Assembly: GCA_963822965.1 (NCBI GenBank)
Contig: CAWGJT010000014.1
Location: forward strand, 352,001 to 416,000
Origin: an uncultured delta proteobacterium
Lineage (GTDB): Bacteria; Myxococcota_A; UBA9160; UBA4427
Length of the DNA stretch: 64,000 nt
Reading direction: 5' to 3'
Shown here piece by piece: positions 10,063-22,460 of the stretch. Positions within the stretch are counted from its first letter, which is position 1. Each line of letters opens with the position of its first letter. The notes below the pieces were generated by a model. That model saw only the letters and a list, made by a program, of their open reading frames with translations, made no database searches and had not been told where the DNA came from. The position numbers and the translations under genes are program-made.

Positions 10063-11710
10063 TCAGCGCCTCCGCCGGCCGTCGCGGGTGTGCTTCGGGG
10101 CCTGGGTGGTGACTGCGGGCTGGGGATCCGGCTCGGGGAAGAAGAGCACGAGGTTCTCCAGGAAGCGGACGACGCTCGCCGCGTCGGGCTCGGGAAGCGC
10201 CGCGAACGCCGCCCGGGAAGGCTCGGCCTCGCCGCCGTGCTCGAGGATCGCCTCGGTGAGCGTGGTCGCGCGTCCGTCGTGGAGGTACTGGGCCGTCGAG
10301 CCCACCCCCCACAGCTCCTTCGTGAGCCAGACCGAGCTTCCGTGCCCCGTCTCGTCGATGTTCTCCGCGAGGCTTCCTCCCATGTCGTGGCGCTTCAGGT
10401 CGCCGTAGAGGCGAACGACCGCGCCGCCCGAGCGCGTCCCCTCGAAGTTTCCCAGGTCGAAGGTCCGGCGCCCCACGGAGAAGCGGTTGTCCGGCAGGTC
10501 CCGCGCCAGGTCGAAGCGGATGGTCTTCGCGAGGCGCGGCTGGCCGGCCGGGAACGGATCGTCGGCATAGCCGGCGACCGGGCTCGGCTCGGAGAAGACG
10601 GGATCGTCGATCACCAGCGCCGGCCGGTGGCAGTCGGCGCAGCCGATCTCGGCGAAGAGCCGCTCGCCCCGGCGAGATGGCGCGACCTCGTCGCGAGCGA
10701 GGACGGGCAGCTCGAGCCGAGCGATCAGGTCCTGCGCGCCGAGCTGCGCCAGCTCGAGGCGCAGGCGGTTCAGCTCGAGCTGGGTGACCGGTCGCGGCTG
10801 CGCGGCGAGGTAGACCGCCATGGCGGTCATGTCGGGAATCGTGATCTCGTCCACCATGCCGTCGCCGTCGCCGTCCACGCCGTCCCCGGCCAGCTCCACC
10901 GGCTGCATGCCCAGCTCGTTGTGCTCCGCGCCGCGCGAGAAGGAGCGCACCGTCGTCTCCACGCCCTTCCACTGGAAGGGCCGGACGATCGAGATCCGCG
11001 TCGACGCCCTCGACGCCGCCGGCGTCCACGGCGCCCGTGCAGCCGACGGCGATCGACGCCGAAGTCGACGCCCTTGGCGGACGAGGGCGACGTCGACCGT
11101 CGCGTCCGCTCTCGCAGGCCTGCGGCGACGCCCGCCTCGAAGCGGGCGCGCAGCTCCACGCGTCATCTCCTCGGCGAGGCGCTGGAGCGCGCCCGGACCG
11201 AAGAGGTGGGGGGTGTTGCGCTGGATGAAGCGGCCTGGGTCGGCGGTGCCCAGGGGATCGCGGATCGCGTTCAGCGGCCGCCGGTCCCGAGCCGTCTCCC
11301 GAGCCGCCGATCGCGGCGCCCCGGTGGCACGCGACGCAGCTCGCGGCGTTCGGCCCGGTGGCGCGCGGCCGGGGTGTGGTCGGCCCACTCCCCGGGTCCG
11401 TCGAGGTCTGCTCGGGGTACCCGCGTGAAGCGGCCCCCGTCCCCACGTTCGCGCCGACGCCGTCGACCGCGTTGAAGGTCGTCTCGAAGAGCTCGTCGCC
11501 GCACTCGAAGATCTCGAGGAAGTCCTGGAGCGCGACGGCCTCGTCGCAGTGCTCGGCGTTGCCGCCGTGGATGCGATCCACCTCGTCGAGCTCGGCGGGG
11601 CCCGTGGTGATCGACCAGGCGTCGGGTGCGCTGTCCCAGTCCCAGGAGGAGCGCGCACGCCGGCCCCCCGCGCATCCGCACGCGGCCGCGCCGTTGCTTG
11701 CAGGATCCAT
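10063..11710 (-). CDS. Di-haem oxidoreductase family protein (frameshifted)
   Basis: Two CxxCH motifs (SCVACH, GCADCH), RNTPHLFG, RPFQWKG, HNELGMQ, DGDGDGMVDEI, LYGDLKRHDMG, LWGVGSTAQYLHDGRATTLTEAILEHGGEA. Confidence 0.85.
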
Positions 11711-12020
11711 CGTCGTTCCTCCCGTGGGCCGATGGCTCGGAGGGAGGAGCGATCGGGGCACGCGCCGGAAGCTACGCCGGTGCCTGGAAGGTGGCGGTGA
11801 CTGGAGTCACGGGAGGCGACCGAGGGGCGGGCGGATCCCATCGCTGCTCGATGCCGTGAAGCGGGACACGGAATCGGTGTGCTGCGAGACTACGATGCCC
11901 GCCCGGGTCGTCCAGCGGCGGATCCGCTGTGCGGGATCGGCCCGGGGCGACGCGGACGCTAGCGGCCCTGGTCTACCATCGAGTCGGGCGGTGGCCGGAC
12001 GCACGGCCCGGAGGAGTGCC

Positions 12021-14387
<2,367 letters not shown>

Positions 14388-14423
14388 GTCGGGCCCGCCT
14401 GAAGGGTTCTCGAGGCTCGTGGC

Positions 14424-15046
14424 TCAGAGCCCCGTGCGGAGGTCTTCTTCGAGGCTCTTCTCGATTGCCTCGGCCAGCTCGTCGCCGGCTCCCCGGCGCG
14501 CGGCGATCTGCTTGCCGATGTTGGCCTTCACGCCGGCGGGCCAGGTGTCGGGCTTCCAGAGGGACGAGCGGACGAACGCCTTGCCGCAGTGGAAGAAGCT
14601 CTCCTCCACGTGGACGCGGGTGGCCAGCAGCGCGCTGCGGTTCCGGGCGCTCAGGCGTTCGAGCAGCTCCGGGTCCCGGGTGATCTCGGCGCGTCCGTTC
14701 ACGCGCAGGGTCTCCGCGACGTCCGGGCACGACGAAGATGAGCCCGACGGCGGGATCGCCGAGGATGTTGCGGAAACCCGTAGGCGAGCTTGTTGCCCGG
14801 CCGATCGGGAATCAGGAGCGTCTTCTCGTCCGCCACGCGGACGAAGCCCGGAGCGTCGCCCTTCGGCGACACGTCGAGCCCGCCGTCGGCGCCCCGCGTG
14901 GCGAGCAGCAGCAGGGGCGCCTTCTCGATGAAGGCGGCCGCGTAGGGATCCACGTGGTCGAAGATCTTCTGCTCCACCGCCGGGCTGGGTTCACGGATGA
15001 CCTCGCGCAGCTCCGCCTCGCTCTGGATCAGATGGGGATCGGACAT
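14424..15046 (-). CDS. Pyridoxamine 5'-phosphate oxidase-like FMN-binding protein (MSMEG_1061-like), frameshifted
   Basis: [44 protein letters not shown]. Confidence 0.85.
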
Positions 15047-15479
15047 GGGGGCAGCGTATCGGCGGGGTCGTGCGCGTCAACGGCCCTTCGCACGGCTGGT
15101 GTCAGCCCCTGGCAGCATGGCGGCTCCGGCCGCCTGGCGGGGCTCCTATCGCGGCTCATCCGGCGCGCCCGCGGCGCTCGTTCACGGTGCGTAGGGAGAA
15201 CCTCCTCGGTCTGGCGCTTCGGGTCGCGGTGCGCTCGTAGACCCCGAAGGAACCGTCCCTTCGGGTCCGGGTCAACCTCCGACCGGCCCGGCGACCGACG
15301 GCTGCAGGCGGATCTCCTGTCGAGCCGCGCGCTTGCGGTCCCTACGGCCAGGGTGTCACCCTGTCGCATGCGGGATCGTGCAGCGGGCCGCGCCGGGTGC
15401 CGGCGCAATCCCTTCGCCGACCCGCCACGCGGCCCGTCCCGGCACCGCACGAAGCGGTGTCGGAGGGCCTGGAGGAGCC

Positions 15480-15704
15480 ATGAGGCAGCTCGCGTTGCTC
15501 GTGCTGGGGGTCCTGGTCCTGTCACTCTCCACGGTCGGCTGCGGTCGGGACCGTTCCGACCGCGGTCTCACTCCCCCCGACGAGAACGCCGCCCCCATGG
15601 GCGACGAAGCGCTCCGGGAGACCGAGGCCGAGCGGGACAAGCAGACCACCCGTGCCGAGCAGGACCTGGAGGAGCACGATTTCGATCGAGCCGAGGATCG
15701 CTAG
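15480..15704 (+). CDS. Small lipoprotein
   Basis: GGAGGAG RBS; MRQLALLVLGVLVLSLSTVGC lipobox, acidic mature part. Confidence 0.7.
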   Translation: MRQLALLVLGVLVLSLSTVGCGRDRSDRGLTPPDENAAPMGDEALRETEAERDKQTTRAEQDLEEHDFDRAEDR

Positions 15705-15769
15705 GAGTCTTGGGTCAGGCTCCTAGCACGCCGACCCCGGGATGGATCGGCGGCACGGAGGGTCGTTCC

Positions 15770-16141
15770 ATGCTGAAGCTCAGCTTTGCCCTGCACCGTC
15801 TCCCGACCCTGACCCGGGAGGAGTTCCAGCGCTACTGGCTCGAGAAGCACGGTCCGCTGGTTCGCCGGCTGGCCCCGCAGATCGGGGTGCGGCGGTACGT
15901 CCAGCTCCACACCGCCGAATCGGCGCTGAACGAGGGGCTGCGACAGGGGCGGGGCGGACCGGAGCCGTACGACGGAGTGGCGGAGCTCTGGTTCGACAGC
16001 GCCGAGGCCCTGCAGAGCGCCATGTCCACCGACGAGGGGCGGGAGGCCGCGCTCGTGCTGCTCGAGGACGAGCGCCGCTTCATCGATCTCCCGCGCTCGC
16101 CGCTCTTCGTGGGCGAGGAACACGAGCTGATCCCGCACTGA
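15770..16141 (+). CDS. EthD-domain protein
   Basis: MLKLSFALHRLPTLTREEFQRYWLEKHGPLV...RYVQLH...YDGVAELWF...DERRFID. Confidence 0.88.
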   Translation: MLKLSFALHRLPTLTREEFQRYWLEKHGPLVRRLAPQIGVRRYVQLHTAESALNEGLRQGRGGPEPYDGVAELWFDSAEALQSAMSTDEGREAALVLLEDERRFIDLPRSPLFVGEEHELIPH

Positions 16142-16176
16142 CGAAGGCCGACGCAGGCCGACGAGGAGAGGAGAAC

Positions 16177-17475
16177 ATGCCCGGCCCGCTGGACGACCTC
16201 GACCGATACCTGCTGATCACCGCCGATTCCCATGCCGGCTCGAGCCCGGAGGGCTACGGGCCGTACCTCGCAAGCCGCTGGCAGGACGACTATCGCGACT
16301 GGCTCGCCCAGAGCGAGCAGATGGCGAAGGTCATGCGGCAGGTCATGGGCAACCGCAGCATCGGCGTCGACGGCGATCCAGACGTGGACGGCAACCGCAA
16401 CTGGGACAGTGCGCGCCGGCTGCGCGAGACCGAGGCGGACGGCGTCGTCGCCGAGGTGATCTTTCCCAACACGTCGCCGCCGTTCGCGCCGTCGATGCTG
16501 AGCGAGTTCGGCGAGGCCGAGGTCGGCAGCCGACCACGAGCGGCGCTGGGCCGGCATCCAGGCGCACAACCGCTGGCTGGCCGACTTCTGCCGGGAGGCC
16601 CCGGGTCGGCGCGCGGGCATCGCCCAGATCTTCCTGCCGTTCGTGGAGCGAGTCGGTCGACGAGATCCGCTGGGCGAAGGAGAACGGGCTCACCGGCGGC
16701 GTGCTGCTGCCCGGCGCTCCGCCGGGCTCGGGGGTCGAGCCGCTCTACGCGCCGCGCTACGAGCCGATCTTCGCCGTGTGCGAGGAGCTCGGCATGCCGC
16801 TCAACCATCACAGCGGCGGCGCCACGCCGGACTTCGGCAACTACCTCCCCCAGGCCCTCACGATGTTCATGCTCGAGGTCACCTGGTGGGCGCACCGCGC
16901 CCTCTGGCACCTGATGTTCAGCGGTGTCTTCGAGCGACACCCGAATCTGCAGTTCGTGCTCACCGAGACCGGTGTGCAGTGGGTGCCGGGGGTGCTCCAG
17001 CAGCTCGAGCACTTCTTCCACGCAGATGAAGCACAACGACCAGTGCTCGGAGCACATCTTCGGGGGCCCCGCCGTCGCGAGCCTGTCGCTCACGCCGTCC
17101 GAGTACTTCGCCCGCCAGTGCCACATCGGTGCGAGCTTCCTGCCGCCCCACGAATGCGATCTGCGGCACGAGATCGGGGTCGAGCGCATCCTCTGGGGCA
17201 GCGACTATCCCCACGTGGAGGGATCCCATCCCTACACGACGGGAGCACCTGCGGCTCACCTTCGCCGGGGTGGACGAGGACGAGATCCAGCGCATCGTCG
17301 GGGGCAACACCGCGGCGCTCTACGGCTTCGACCTCGAGAAGCTCGCGCCTCTCGCCGCGCGGTTCGGCCCGACGAAGGCCGAGATCGCCCGGCCCATCGA
17401 CGCTGGCGGACCTGCCCGAGGCAGGCCCAGAAGTGCCCGGCCTTCGCCCCCGACCGCCAGCGGAGCGCCGCGTAG
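16177..17475 (+). CDS. Amidohydrolase_2 family protein (several frameshifts)
   Basis: LITADSHAG, DGVVAEVIFPN, AHNRWLADFC, PLNHHSG, SGVFERHPNL, LWGSDYPHVEG. Confidence 0.85.
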
Positions 17476-17487
17476 GCGCGGCGCAGG

Positions 17488-17643
17488 TTCCTGGTCCAGA
17501 CGGGCATCAACTTCTTCGTGCCTTCGGGAAGCGGTCAGGCGGCGCTGACCGTGCCGGGCATGGCGCCGCTCTCGGACCTGGTGGGCGTGACGCTCGGGGC
17601 CGTCCTGCTCGGCCCGCCCGCGCTGCTCGGCTGGACGGGTTGA
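17488..17643 (+). pseudogene. Remnant of a YfcC/ArcD-family transporter gene
   Basis: Hand translation [35 protein letters not shown] matches the conserved YfcC motif INFFxPSGSGQAxxTMPxMAPLxDLVGV and is joined directly to a C-terminal-like [16 protein letters not shown]; no start codon. Confidence 0.7.
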
Positions 17644-17730
17644 CGGGCCGCCGGAGAGCCCCGGGCCGAGCTCGGCGGAGGGAGGGGTTCTGACGCCCCC
17701 TGCTGGCTGCGACGAGCGCCGTCACCCCGG

Positions 17731-19461
17731 TCAGGCGTACCACGACTCCGCCAGGGCGCCGAAGAAGGCGCGCGAGCCGCTCCGCAGGTTGCCGAGCGCG
17801 TAGCCGCCCTCCTGCACGACCAGGGTGCGCAGGCCGAGGCGTCCGATGGCCTGGCCCGCCCCGCGCAGACCGCGCGGGGACAGGTCGAAGTTGCCCGTGG
17901 GGTCGCCTCGCATGGTGTCGTAGCCGAGCGCGACCACGAGCCAGTCGGGACGGAAGCGTCCGATCTCGCGCAGGCCGGCAGCCAGCACCTCCTGGTAGCC
18001 CTCGTCGCCGAGCAGGCTGCGCACCGGGAAGTTGCGGTTGAACCCCAGCCCCTCGCCCTCGCCGCGCTCGTCCGCGTAGCCCGCGAAGTAGGGGTAGTGG
18101 TCGCGCGGCTCGCCGTGGATCGAGACGGTGAGCACGTCCGGACGTCCGTAGAAGATGTCCTGCTGGCCGTTGCCGTGGTGATAGTCGAGGTCGAGGATGG
18201 CAACCCGCCCGCCCGCGGACAGGATGTGCGCCGCGATGGCGGCGTTGTTGAAGTAGCAGAAGCCCCCGTAGACCCGGCGCTGGGCGTGGTGTCCGGGAGG
18301 GCGGCACAGCGCGTAGACGATGTGCTCGCCGTCCCGCAGCAGCCCGGCCGCCGTCACCGCGCAGTCGACGGCGCCGCGCGCGGCGCGATAGGCGGCCTGG
18401 GAGAGCGGCGTGAACGTGTCGATGCAGTAGTAGCCCGCGCGGATCGCCATCTCGCGGGGCCGGCGCTCGGGTCGGCGCACGGGGAAGACCTGCGGATACA
18501 GGGTCTCCTTCTCCCCCAGGCTCTCGCAGGCCCGCCGCAGGTAGCTCACGTAGTCGCCGTCGTGAACGGCGCGGATCGCGTCCTCGCCCACGTGCCGCGC
18601 GGGCGTCTCCAGGACCGGCAGCTCCCGCAGCCCACGCAGGATCGCGCCGACCCGGGCGGGCCGCTCGACGTACCCGCGCTCGCGCACGTGGTGGATCTCG
18701 TGATGGACCGCCGGGACCACGATCCGGATCGGGCGGATGCGCCCGTGCAGGGGCGGGACGGGGCGCGACTCGCGCGAGTAGCGCGGTGACCGCAGGCGGA
18801 CCGGATCGTCGCGAAAGGACTCGACGATGCGCCGCACCTCGGACGCTTCGACCTCGCCGGCGTAGCGGGTCTCGAGCAGGCGTCGGGCCGCCGCCCGCGC
18901 CCGGGTGCGGGGCAGGGGCTTGCTCCGGCCCAGGTCGTCGTACAGCAGCATCGGCGAGTCGTAGCCGAGCCGGCGTTCGGGATCGTCCCACCGCGTCCCG
19001 AGGATCGGGTACGCGCCGAAGCTCTCGTAGAAGCGGGCGCGGCTCCTGCGTTCGGCCATCTCCGCGGGGTCGCGGGGGGCCGCTGGCTCGTCGGGCGGGA
19101 CCTCGAGCAGCAGACCGTGGGCCTTCTTGTGGCCGAGATACTCGCGGACCGACTCGTACAGGGCGCGCCCGATGCCCCGCCGGCTACGTTCGGGATCGCT
19201 GCCGATGTAATCGAGGAAGCCGATCCGGACGCGCGGGAAGTAGTGGAGCAGGGCGAAGCCGACCACGCCGCGTCCCTCTTCTTCCGCCACCAGCAGGGTC
19301 GCCTCGAAGTCGAGGTCGGCGCGGCGGCCGATCAGCTCGCCGAGGCCATCCGCGTAGTCGGCCTCCTTCGGGAACACCCGGCGGAAGAGCGCCTGCACCT
19401 CCGCGAGCTTGCGACGGTCGGTCTCGCTCGCGCGGTCGACGAGCCGTCCGAAGCGGATCAT
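17731..19461 (-). CDS. GNAT acetyltransferase fused to a histone-deacetylase/acetylpolyamine amidohydrolase domain
   Basis: N-terminal LDYIGSDPERSRRGIGRALY (acetyl-CoA motif A); C-terminal RPPGHHA, GGFCYFNNAAIAA, LDLDYHHGNG, ALGYD..GDP, QEGGY; single intact ORF with GGGGAGG RBS. Confidence 0.9.
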   Translation of the reverse strand: MIRFGRLVDRASETDRRKLAEVQALFRRVFPKEADYADGLGELIGRRADLDFEATLLVAEEEGRGVVGFALLHYFPRVRIGFLDYIGSDPERSRRGIGRALYESVREYLGHKKAHGLLLEVPPDEPAAPRDPAEMAERRSRARFYESFGAYPILGTRWDDPERRLGYDSPMLLYDDLGRSKPLPRTRARAAARRLLETRYAGEVEASEVRRIVESFRDDPVRLRSPRYSRESRPVPPLHGRIRPIRIVVPAVHHEIHHVRERGYVERPARVGAILRGLRELPVLETPARHVGEDAIRAVHDGDYVSYLRRACESLGEKETLYPQVFPVRRPERRPREMAIRAGYYCIDTFTPLSQAAYRAARGAVDCAVTAAGLLRDGEHIVYALCRPPGHHAQRRVYGGFCYFNNAAIAAHILSAGGRVAILDLDYHHGNGQQDIFYGRPDVLTVSIHGEPRDHYPYFAGYADERGEGEGLGFNRNFPVRSLLGDEGYQEVLAAGLREIGRFRPDWLVVALGYDTMRGDPTGNFDLSPRGLRGAGQAIGRLGLRTLVVQEGGYALGNLRSGSRAFFGALAESWYA

Positions 19462-19696
19462 CTCGTAGTTTCCTCCCCGGGAAATGGGTGTCCGTGCAGC
19501 GCCGCGCGGACCGGCTGGACTCTCTGTCAGCCCCTACCCGCCGTCAACGTCGGGGCGCTCCGGGTCGCGCGCCGCGTGCCGTGCGGCGCCCTGGTCCGAT
19601 CCCGCGGAACGGGCCGCGGCGCTCCGGGTGGGCTCCGAGTAGAATCGAGGTCGGGCTGGCGATGCCGTAGCCGTCCAACGAGAGGAGGAGCTCGAC

Positions 19697-20896
19697 ATGG
19701 GAGCCCACGAGGCGCGGATCCGCGACTGGGTGATCGACGCCGACACCCACATCACCGAGCCGGGGGATCTGTGGACGAGCCGGCTGCCGGCGCGCTTTCA
19801 GGACCGTGCGCCGCGCGTGGTTCGCAACCCCGAGACCGCGGTCGAGACCTGGCGCATCGGCGAGGGCTCCGCGTTCCTGCCCGTCGGCTTCACCGCCCTG
19901 GCCGGCTGGCCGGAGCCGTTCCCGGCGGCGCCGCGGAACATCGACGAGGTGCCGAAGGCCGCCTGGGATGCGGGCGCGCGCCTGGCGTACATGGACCGGG
20001 TGGGGATCTGGGCCATGGCCCTGTACCCGAACGTCGGCGGCTTCGGGAGCCAGGCCTTCCTCGGCCTGAAGGATCCCGAGCTGATGCTCGCGTGCGTGCG
20101 TGCCTACAACGACTTCCTGATCGACTGGATCGCCCCGGACCCCCGGCGCTTCATTCCGATCCTGGCGACGCCGTTCTGGGACGTCGAGGCCACGGCGCGT
20201 GAGATCGAGCGCTGCGCGAAGCTCGGCCACAAGGGCGTCCTCTTCACCGGCGAGCCCCAGAGCCACGGCATGCCGATCCTGGCGAGCGACCACTGGAACC
20301 CGATCTGGGAGGCCGCGCGCGCGTGCGATCTGCCCGTCAGCTTCCACATCGGCGCGGGAACCTTCGACGACGGCTTCACGCCCGAGCGCATCAAGACGAT
20401 GGGGGGCGGCCGCACCAACGGGTTCACGGCCGTGTCGCTCTTCCTCGACAACGGCAAGCAGCTGGCCGACCTGCTCTTCTCGGGCATCCTGCCGCGCTAT
20501 CCGGATCTCCGCTTCGTGTCCGTGGAGTCGGGGATCGGCTTCATTCCCTTCGTGCTCGAGGCCTGTGACTACACGTTCGAGTACGGCGCCGTGCGCCGCG
20601 CCCACCCGGAGTTCACCCTGAAGCCCTCCGAGTACTTCGCCCGGCAGGTCTACGGCTGCTACATCTTCGAGGAGCACGCGCCGCGCGAGCTGATGGATTC
20701 GATCGGCGAGGACAACATCCTCTTCGAGACGGACTACCCGCACCCGGTCTGTCTCTACGGCAACGTACGCGAGAAGATCGACGCGGCGCTGGGCGACGCG
20801 CGGCCGGAAGCCCGGCATAAGGTGCTGTGGGGCAACGCGGCGAAGCTCTACAAGGTGGCCCCGCCCGACGTCCCGGCGCCGGTTCCGGTGGGGTGA
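19697..20896 (+). CDS. Amidohydrolase_2 family protein
   Basis: VIDADTHITEP, AYNDFL, PVSFHIG, VSVESGIG, ILFETDYPHP; GAGGAG RBS. Confidence 0.92.
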   Translation: MGAHEARIRDWVIDADTHITEPGDLWTSRLPARFQDRAPRVVRNPETAVETWRIGEGSAFLPVGFTALAGWPEPFPAAPRNIDEVPKAAWDAGARLAYMDRVGIWAMALYPNVGGFGSQAFLGLKDPELMLACVRAYNDFLIDWIAPDPRRFIPILATPFWDVEATAREIERCAKLGHKGVLFTGEPQSHGMPILASDHWNPIWEAARACDLPVSFHIGAGTFDDGFTPERIKTMGGGRTNGFTAVSLFLDNGKQLADLLFSGILPRYPDLRFVSVESGIGFIPFVLEACDYTFEYGAVRRAHPEFTLKPSEYFARQVYGCYIFEEHAPRELMDSIGEDNILFETDYPHPVCLYGNVREKIDAALGDARPEARHKVLWGNAAKLYKVAPPDVPAPVPVG

Positions 20897-20931
20897 TCGT
20901 GCCCGCGCCCCGAACCGGGGCAGGCGCCCGC

Positions 20932-21615
20932 TCAGGGTGAGGCGAGCCCCCGGGCGAAGTCGGCGATGAGTCCCGCGACTTCGGCGGCGTGCGTGTCCTC
21001 GTGCATGAGGTGCTCACCGCCTTCGATCAGCACGAAGCGGGCGTCGGGCATCTTGCGCTCGAGGTACTCGGCCGAGCGGCTGTAGGCCGCGTCGTCGGCG
21101 CTGCCGGCGAGCGCCAGGGTCGGCACGTCGAGCTTCGCCAGGCGGTCCATCACCAGGCTGTCGTGCTGCAGGTTCAGCCCCGCCACCTGGGGCTCGACGC
21201 CGAAGCGATGGGCATTGCGGCGCGAACGGGCGTTCCAGGCCTCGCGCTTCTCGGCGTCCCGAAAGCCCGGTCCGGTGGCCATCACCACGAGCCCCCGGAC
21301 CCGGCCGGGCCGGGTGGCCGCATAGGCGAGGCACAGGTATCCGCCCAGCGAGTGTCCGACGAGGATCGGCTTCTCGTCCTGGGGGCCCAGGCTCGCGATC
21401 ACCTCGTCCAGGTCGCGAAGCGCCTCGTCGCGCGAGTAGAGCGCCGGGTCGGAAGGCACGGGCGAGCGGCCGTGCCCGAGCAGGTCGAAGGCCACCACCG
21501 TGAAGCGGTCCTGCAGGGCGTCCATCTGCGCCCGCCAGCTCTCGGACGAGACGCCCATTCCGTGGACGAAGACGAGGGCCGGGCCCTGACCGCGGCGTTC
21601 GACGTGGACACGCAT
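20932..21615 (-). CDS. Alpha/beta-fold hydrolase
   Basis: LVFVHG, FDLLGHGRS, VGHSLGG, GSADD, GGEHLMH. Confidence 0.9.
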   Translation of the reverse strand: MRVHVERRGQGPALVFVHGMGVSSESWRAQMDALQDRFTVVAFDLLGHGRSPVPSDPALYSRDEALRDLDEVIASLGPQDEKPILVGHSLGGYLCLAYAATRPGRVRGLVVMATGPGFRDAEKREAWNARSRRNAHRFGVEPQVAGLNLQHDSLVMDRLAKLDVPTLALAGSADDAAYSRSAEYLERKMPDARFVLIEGGEHLMHEDTHAAEVAGLIADFARGLASP

Positions 21616-21683
21616 GGCCCGAGGGTACATCGCCCGGGAGGCCGCCGGCACCGCCATCGGCGCTCTCGCCAGGCGGGGTCCGG

Positions 21684-22283
21684 CTAGTGGGACGCCGGAT
21701 CCGCCGGGCCGGCGGCCGCATCGATCGCACGGGCGGCGCCGAGGATGTCGGCTGCCTCGTGGCGCTTCTTGTAGCCGTCATAGAAGAGCTTCGCGCGGAT
21801 CACCCCCTTCGCGTCGACGATCACGGTGCCGGGGTAGGGGATGCCGTCGAAGCGGCCGTGGGCCTCGTGGTTCCGGATCCCGTAGGCGTCGATCGTCCGG
21901 CTTCCGGGGTCCGAGAGGAGGGGGTACGTGATACCGCGCTTCTCCGCGAAGCGTGCGAGGACCCCGGGGTCGTCGTAGCTCACTGCGACCAGCTCGATTC
22001 CGGCCTCGTGGATCTTCTCCAGGCTCTGCTGCAGCTCGACCAGCTGCCGTTGGCAGTAGGGTCACCAGTCGGCGGAGCGGAAGAAGACGATCGCGAGCGT
22101 CCCGTGCCCGAGAAGCGTCTCCAGGCTGTGGGTGGCACCGCGCTGGTCGACGAGGCTGAGCTTCGGGGCGACCTCTCCGACGGCGAGCCCGACCTCTTTC
22201 GCTGCCGCCCGCGGCGGCGAAAGCAATCCCGCGGCAAGGCACGTCACGGCCAGGAGGGCCGACACCGATCGCATTCGCTGCAT
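21684..22283 (-). CDS. Exported peroxiredoxin-like (AhpC/TSA) selenoprotein with in-frame UGA (UxxC)
   Basis: Signal peptide, GLAVGEVAPKLSLVDQRG, IVFFRSADW-TGA(22062-22064)-PYCQRQLVEL, then VAVSYD, YPLLSD, PYPGTVIVD all in one frame (600 nt). The ORF track splits it in two. Confidence 0.88.
22031..22047 (-). promoter_or_regulatory. Candidate bacterial SECIS hairpin
   Basis: GCAGCT-GGTCG-AGCTGC stem-loop starting 15 nt after the UGA, with a G-first apical loop. Confidence 0.65.
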
Positions 22284-22460
22284 CTCTCGGTCCCTCTCGA
22301 ATCCGTCCCGGATCTTCAGGCCAGAGCCTGCGCCGCGCCTGCGCACCCGGGTCGCGGGCCGCACGAGGTTGGCCCTCGCGCGGCGAGCGCGCAACCATCC
22401 GGTCGGTGCGCGGTTGGAGAGGGGTGAGCCGGAGGAACGGGGCAGGGGAGACGCGCGAGC

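Noticed and set aside
15240..15270. SRP RNA or tRNA in the structured intergenic region
   Set aside because: Lacks the SRP domain IV consensus (CAGG...GGAAGGAAGCAGC) and any cloverleaf or T-loop motif.
22062..22064. Nonsense mutation making the redoxin a pseudogene
   Set aside because: The TGA falls precisely on the catalytic Cys position and is followed by a SECIS-like hairpin, so selenocysteine is more likely.
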